The notes below the pieces were generated by a model. The model did no database searches and was not told the DNA's origin. It saw only the letters and a program-made list of their open reading frames with translations. A stretch of DNA of 28,287 nucleotides, from contig DJPS01000043.1 of assembly GCA_002438625.1 (NCBI GenBank), forward strand, positions 1 through 28,287. The letters run 5' to 3'. The DNA is from Christensenella sp. UBA6406. GTDB taxonomy: Bacteria > Bacillota > Clostridia > Christensenellales > UBA1242. Position numbers and translations under genes: made by a program. This document shows, in pieces, positions 25,268 through 28,287 of this stretch (its first letter is position 1; each line of letters begins with the position of its first letter).

Positions 25268-25854
25268 TTATTGTTGGCTTGATTTGATAAAATCATTGGT
25301 TGAATTTGGTTGTTGTTTTCAGCATTTATAAGCGTTTCTTCAATTAAATCAAAATTGGCAACAAGTGATTTTGGTTTATTAATAAAATCATCTTGCATAA
25401 ATGGAATGAAATAAATTCCTTTACAATTAAGAAGTTGTGCAATATTTTTTGCGTTTAAACCTAGTGCATCGTTTGTTGATATGCCTATAATGACTGGCTT
25501 ATTGTTTCGCATTAATGCTTTGGCTGTCATTGTAACTGCATTGTCTGTTATGGCGTTTGCAAGTTTGCTTATGGTGTTGCCTGTGCAAGGTGCGACTACA
25601 AGTGCATCAATTATTCCTTTTGGACCAAGAGGCTCCGCACTTGTTATATTGTCAATTACTTTGTTTTCGCAAATTGTTTCTAGATTAATAATAAAATCTT
25701 TTGCTTTACCAAATCTTGTGTCTGTAAGTTTTACTTTGTTTGTTACAATGGGGTGGATGTTATATCCTTTTGCTTTTAAATTTTTGATGCAATCTAAAAT
25801 TTTTTCGTGTGTACAGAAAGAACCAGTGATTGCAAATCCTATGTTTTTTATCAT
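25255..25854 (-). CDS. dpaB: Dipicolinate synthase subunit B (SpoVFB; flavoprotein family)
   Basis: IGFAITGSFCT at the N-terminus, VAPCTGNTISKLANAITDN, a ~200-aa length, and a position directly downstream of dpaA. Confidence 0.88.
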   Translation of the reverse strand: MIKNIGFAITGSFCTHEKILDCIKNLKAKGYNIHPIVTNKVKLTDTRFGKAKDFIINLETICENKVIDNITSAEPLGPKGIIDALVVAPCTGNTISKLANAITDNAVTMTAKALMRNNKPVIIGISTNDALGLNAKNIAQLLNCKGIYFIPFMQDDFINKPKSLVANFDLIEETLINAENNNQIQPMILSNQANNKCSN

Positions 25855-25911
25855 TTAATATTTTCTCCTATGTTTTTTGTTTTTGTTTGATTGGTTAGTG
25901 CTTTTAAAAGG

Positions 25912-26679
25912 CTAATTTTTTAAATTTAAATTGCTTTCAATAATTTCATAAATTAAATTACTTGCGGAAAGGGGGCAAAATTTTGATGGCAATGCAGGTA
26001 ATTTATGATAATTTAAAATGGATATGCTTTTATCTGAAAGTGATTGAACTGATGCAATTTCTAAATAGATTGCATCTTTATCAATTTTTAAAGCGGTTTC
26101 ATAATCAATTAATTGATGTGGAATGGTGTTTATAATTATGTCAAATTTGCTTATGTCCTTATAAAATTCATCTTTTAAATAAACTTTATCTGTAATAAAA
26201 AGTGCGTTTTCATAATTGTTTTTATCATAATCACATATGGCAAAATCAATATTTAATTTGTTCAATATTTGTGAAAGTGCTTTTCCACACCTTCCATAAC
26301 CTAAAATTAAAATATGATTTTCGTATATTGATTTTGGACTTAACTCTAAAATTTTTGCTAAAATTCCTTCGCTTGTTAAATTGGCGTTTTTAATTGAAAA
26401 AGTTTCATAAGATAAATAATTTATAAACTTTATGTTTTTTTCTTTGCATACTTGCGTTAAATCTTCCAAGGGGACACCAGCAAAAATTGTTATGCCGTTT
26501 GGAAAGCTTTTGATTTCTTTGCTTGCAAATTTTTTAACGGGAGAAAAAATAAAAATATCGCCCGCTTTTGCTAATTTTATGCTGTATTCATAAACTTCGG
26601 CAGTCTCATAATTTTGTTTTTGTAGTTTGTTTAATATAATTTTTAAACGATTGTCTAATGTGTCAATAAAAAATTTCAA
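25912..26679 (-). CDS. dpaA: Dipicolinate synthase subunit A (SpoVFA)
   Basis: A Rossmann motif ILILGYGRCGKALSQIL, its position upstream of dpaB, and an AAGGAGGA RBS. At 255 aa it is somewhat shorter than the B. subtilis protein. Confidence 0.8.
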   Translation of the reverse strand: MKFFIDTLDNRLKIILNKLQKQNYETAEVYEYSIKLAKAGDIFIFSPVKKFASKEIKSFPNGITIFAGVPLEDLTQVCKEKNIKFINYLSYETFSIKNANLTSEGILAKILELSPKSIYENHILILGYGRCGKALSQILNKLNIDFAICDYDKNNYENALFITDKVYLKDEFYKDISKFDIIINTIPHQLIDYETALKIDKDAIYLEIASVQSLSDKSISILNYHKLPALPSKFCPLSASNLIYEIIESNLNLKN

Positions 26680-26821
26680 TTTATTCCTCCTTATTCATTA
26701 TATACATCAATTTTAAATTTGTGCATTTGTTTTTGCTTTGTAGGGTGGAGGGTTGATTGTTTTATTATAAATTTAAAATGATATTGCAATAAATTTTTAA
26801 GTTGAAGAAAGTTTAATAAAT

Positions 26822-26850
26822 AAGAAAAAGAGCAAATTAAATTGCTCTTA
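26822..26850 (-). terminator. Rho-independent terminator of mnmE
   Basis: The stem aagagcaa (26828-26835) pairs with ttgctctt (26842-26849). On the - strand it is followed by ctttttctt. Confidence 0.7.
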
Positions 26851-26910
26851 AAATTTACTTAATTTATTTAAGTGTGTTTTTATTTGATTACAATCTTTAT
26901 TTTTTCATTT

Positions 26911-28287
26911 TTATTTACCTAAGCAAAATTTGCTGAATATTGAGTCAATCACTTCTTCGGTTATAACTTTACCTGTAATGTTGGCAAGATTATTCCACGC
27001 TTCTTTAATGTCTAATGTAATGCAATCTAAACTTGTTTTGCTAATGCTGTTAATGGCTTGACCTAAATTGTCGCTTGCCATTTTTAATGCCTCTAAGTGT
27101 CTTTGATTTGTTATAAGTAGGGCGGAAGCATTAAAATCTTTACCTAGTGTTAAATTGTATAGCAAATTTTTTAATTTATCTATATTTTCGCTATTTTTAG
27201 CGGATATTTCTATTGTATTTAAAATATTGCAACTTTTTGGTAAATCGGTTGTATTGAATTGATTTTCTTTTGCATCAATTTTATTTATTACTAAAATTGT
27301 TGGGGTTGTGTAGTCTTCAACAAGTTCAAATATCTTTTTATCTTCGGCATTTATTTTGCGACTGGCATCAACAATAAGCAATATAATGCTACTTGATTTT
27401 ATTTGGTTTATTGCCCTTTCAATTCCTATTGATTCTACAATATCAGTGGAGTTGCGGATGCCTGCTGTGTCGCATATGTTAAATTTTACGCCTTTAAATG
27501 TAAAACTATCTTCTATGCTATCTCTTGTTGTGCCTGCAATGTCAGTTACAATCGCTCTATCATAGTTAAGTAAAGCATTCAATAAACTGCTTTTTCCCAC
27601 ATTCGGCTTTCCAATAATTGCTATATTTATGCCACTTTTTAACATTCTTCCACTTTTATTTGTTTCAATTAAAGCATTTATGCTTGAAAGAACACTTTCA
27701 AGTTTTATTTTTATTTGCTTTTCCGTTGTGTATTCAATGTCTTCTTCTGGATAATCAAGTGCGACTTCAATTTCTGCTAAAATGTCGGTTAGTGTGCTTT
27801 GATTTTTTTCCAATTCTTGCCTTAGTTTTCCGTTTGCTAGGTTAAAGTTGGCGGAAAGTTCGGCTTCGCTATCTGCATTAATTATATCAATTATGCCTTC
27901 TAAGCTATCAAGTGATTGCTTGCCATTTAAAAATGCACGCTTAGAAAATTCTCCACGATTTGCAAGTCTACAACCAAACTCTAAGCATCTTTTAAGTGCA
28001 AGGTCGGTTAAGGCTATGCCACCATGCAAATGAAGTTCAACAACATCTTCTCCCGTAAAAGAGTGGGGTGCTTTAAAATAAACTGCAAGACATTTGTCTA
28101 TGCCGTTTTCTAATTCTACATCACTTAAATACATATGCCTTGCTTCAATTTGTGTGCGTGTTTTGAAGGCTGTTATAAATTTCTTTGCTATGTTTAATGA
28201 TTCTTTGCCACTTATCCTAATTATAGATATACCAGCAATAGAGTTATTGCTGGTAGCTATGGCACAAATTGTGTCGGTATCTTTCAT
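26911..28287 (-). CDS. mnmE: tRNA modification GTPase MnmE (TrmE)
   Basis: MKDTDTICAIAT...GISIIRISG at the N-terminus, G1 motif GKPNVGKSSLLN, DTAGIR, NKID, and the C-terminal FCLGK tetrapeptide. The start codon coincides with the last base of the window. Confidence 0.95.
   Translation of the reverse strand: MKDTDTICAIATSNNSIAGISIIRISGKESLNIAKKFITAFKTRTQIEARHMYLSDVELENGIDKCLAVYFKAPHSFTGEDVVELHLHGGIALTDLALKRCLEFGCRLANRGEFSKRAFLNGKQSLDSLEGIIDIINADSEAELSANFNLANGKLRQELEKNQSTLTDILAEIEVALDYPEEDIEYTTEKQIKIKLESVLSSINALIETNKSGRMLKSGINIAIIGKPNVGKSSLLNALLNYDRAIVTDIAGTTRDSIEDSFTFKGVKFNICDTAGIRNSTDIVESIGIERAINQIKSSSIILLIVDASRKINAEDKKIFELVEDYTTPTILVINKIDAKENQFNTTDLPKSCNILNTIEISAKNSENIDKLKNLLYNLTLGKDFNASALLITNQRHLEALKMASDNLGQAINSISKTSLDCITLDIKEAWNNLANITGKVITEEVIDSIFSKFCLGK

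Noticed and set aside
26680-26760. A sigma-K or sigma-E type sporulation promoter upstream of dpaA.
   Set aside because: Sequences vaguely resembling AC-N16-CATA---TA are present (gcac...gtatataat). The match is too loose to call without a position weight matrix or transcript mapping.

Overview
This is an AT-rich chromosomal segment from what looks like a spore-forming, low-GC Firmicute (Clostridia-like). It carries spmA/spmB and a dpaA-dpaB-dapA operon, uses the standard genetic code, and has strong AGGAG-type ribosome-binding sites. Most of the window is housekeeping. tRNA/rRNA modification is represented by dus, mnmG, mnmE and rsmA; the rest includes metG, cardiolipin synthase, TatD, DegV, a PaaI-type thioesterase, a metallophosphoesterase, an ArsR-family regulator and one tRNA-Ser(GCU). 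Accessory-looking content: (a) the 3' end of a BspA-type LRR surface protein; (b) a membrane-anchored protein with an AT-hook and a long acidic low-complexity region; (c) a translationally coupled SPFH/zinc-ribbon three-gene module resembling B. subtilis ydjI-ydjG-ydjH but with no pspA in the window. The most unusual signal is non-coding: two GC-rich (~55-60% by hand count), strongly strand-asymmetric islands at about 826-1250 and 19435-20128. They are diverged, colinear copies of one sequence family in inverted orientation. In each, the C-rich/G-poor strand is the sense strand of the gene immediately upstream. The second island begins with a compact cloverleaf-shaped four-way junction, the first carries a dense G-tract run, and each island abuts a gene that looks damaged. 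I recognise no known RNA family, mobile-element gene or protein in them. All homology calls come from motif recognition by eye, not database searches.
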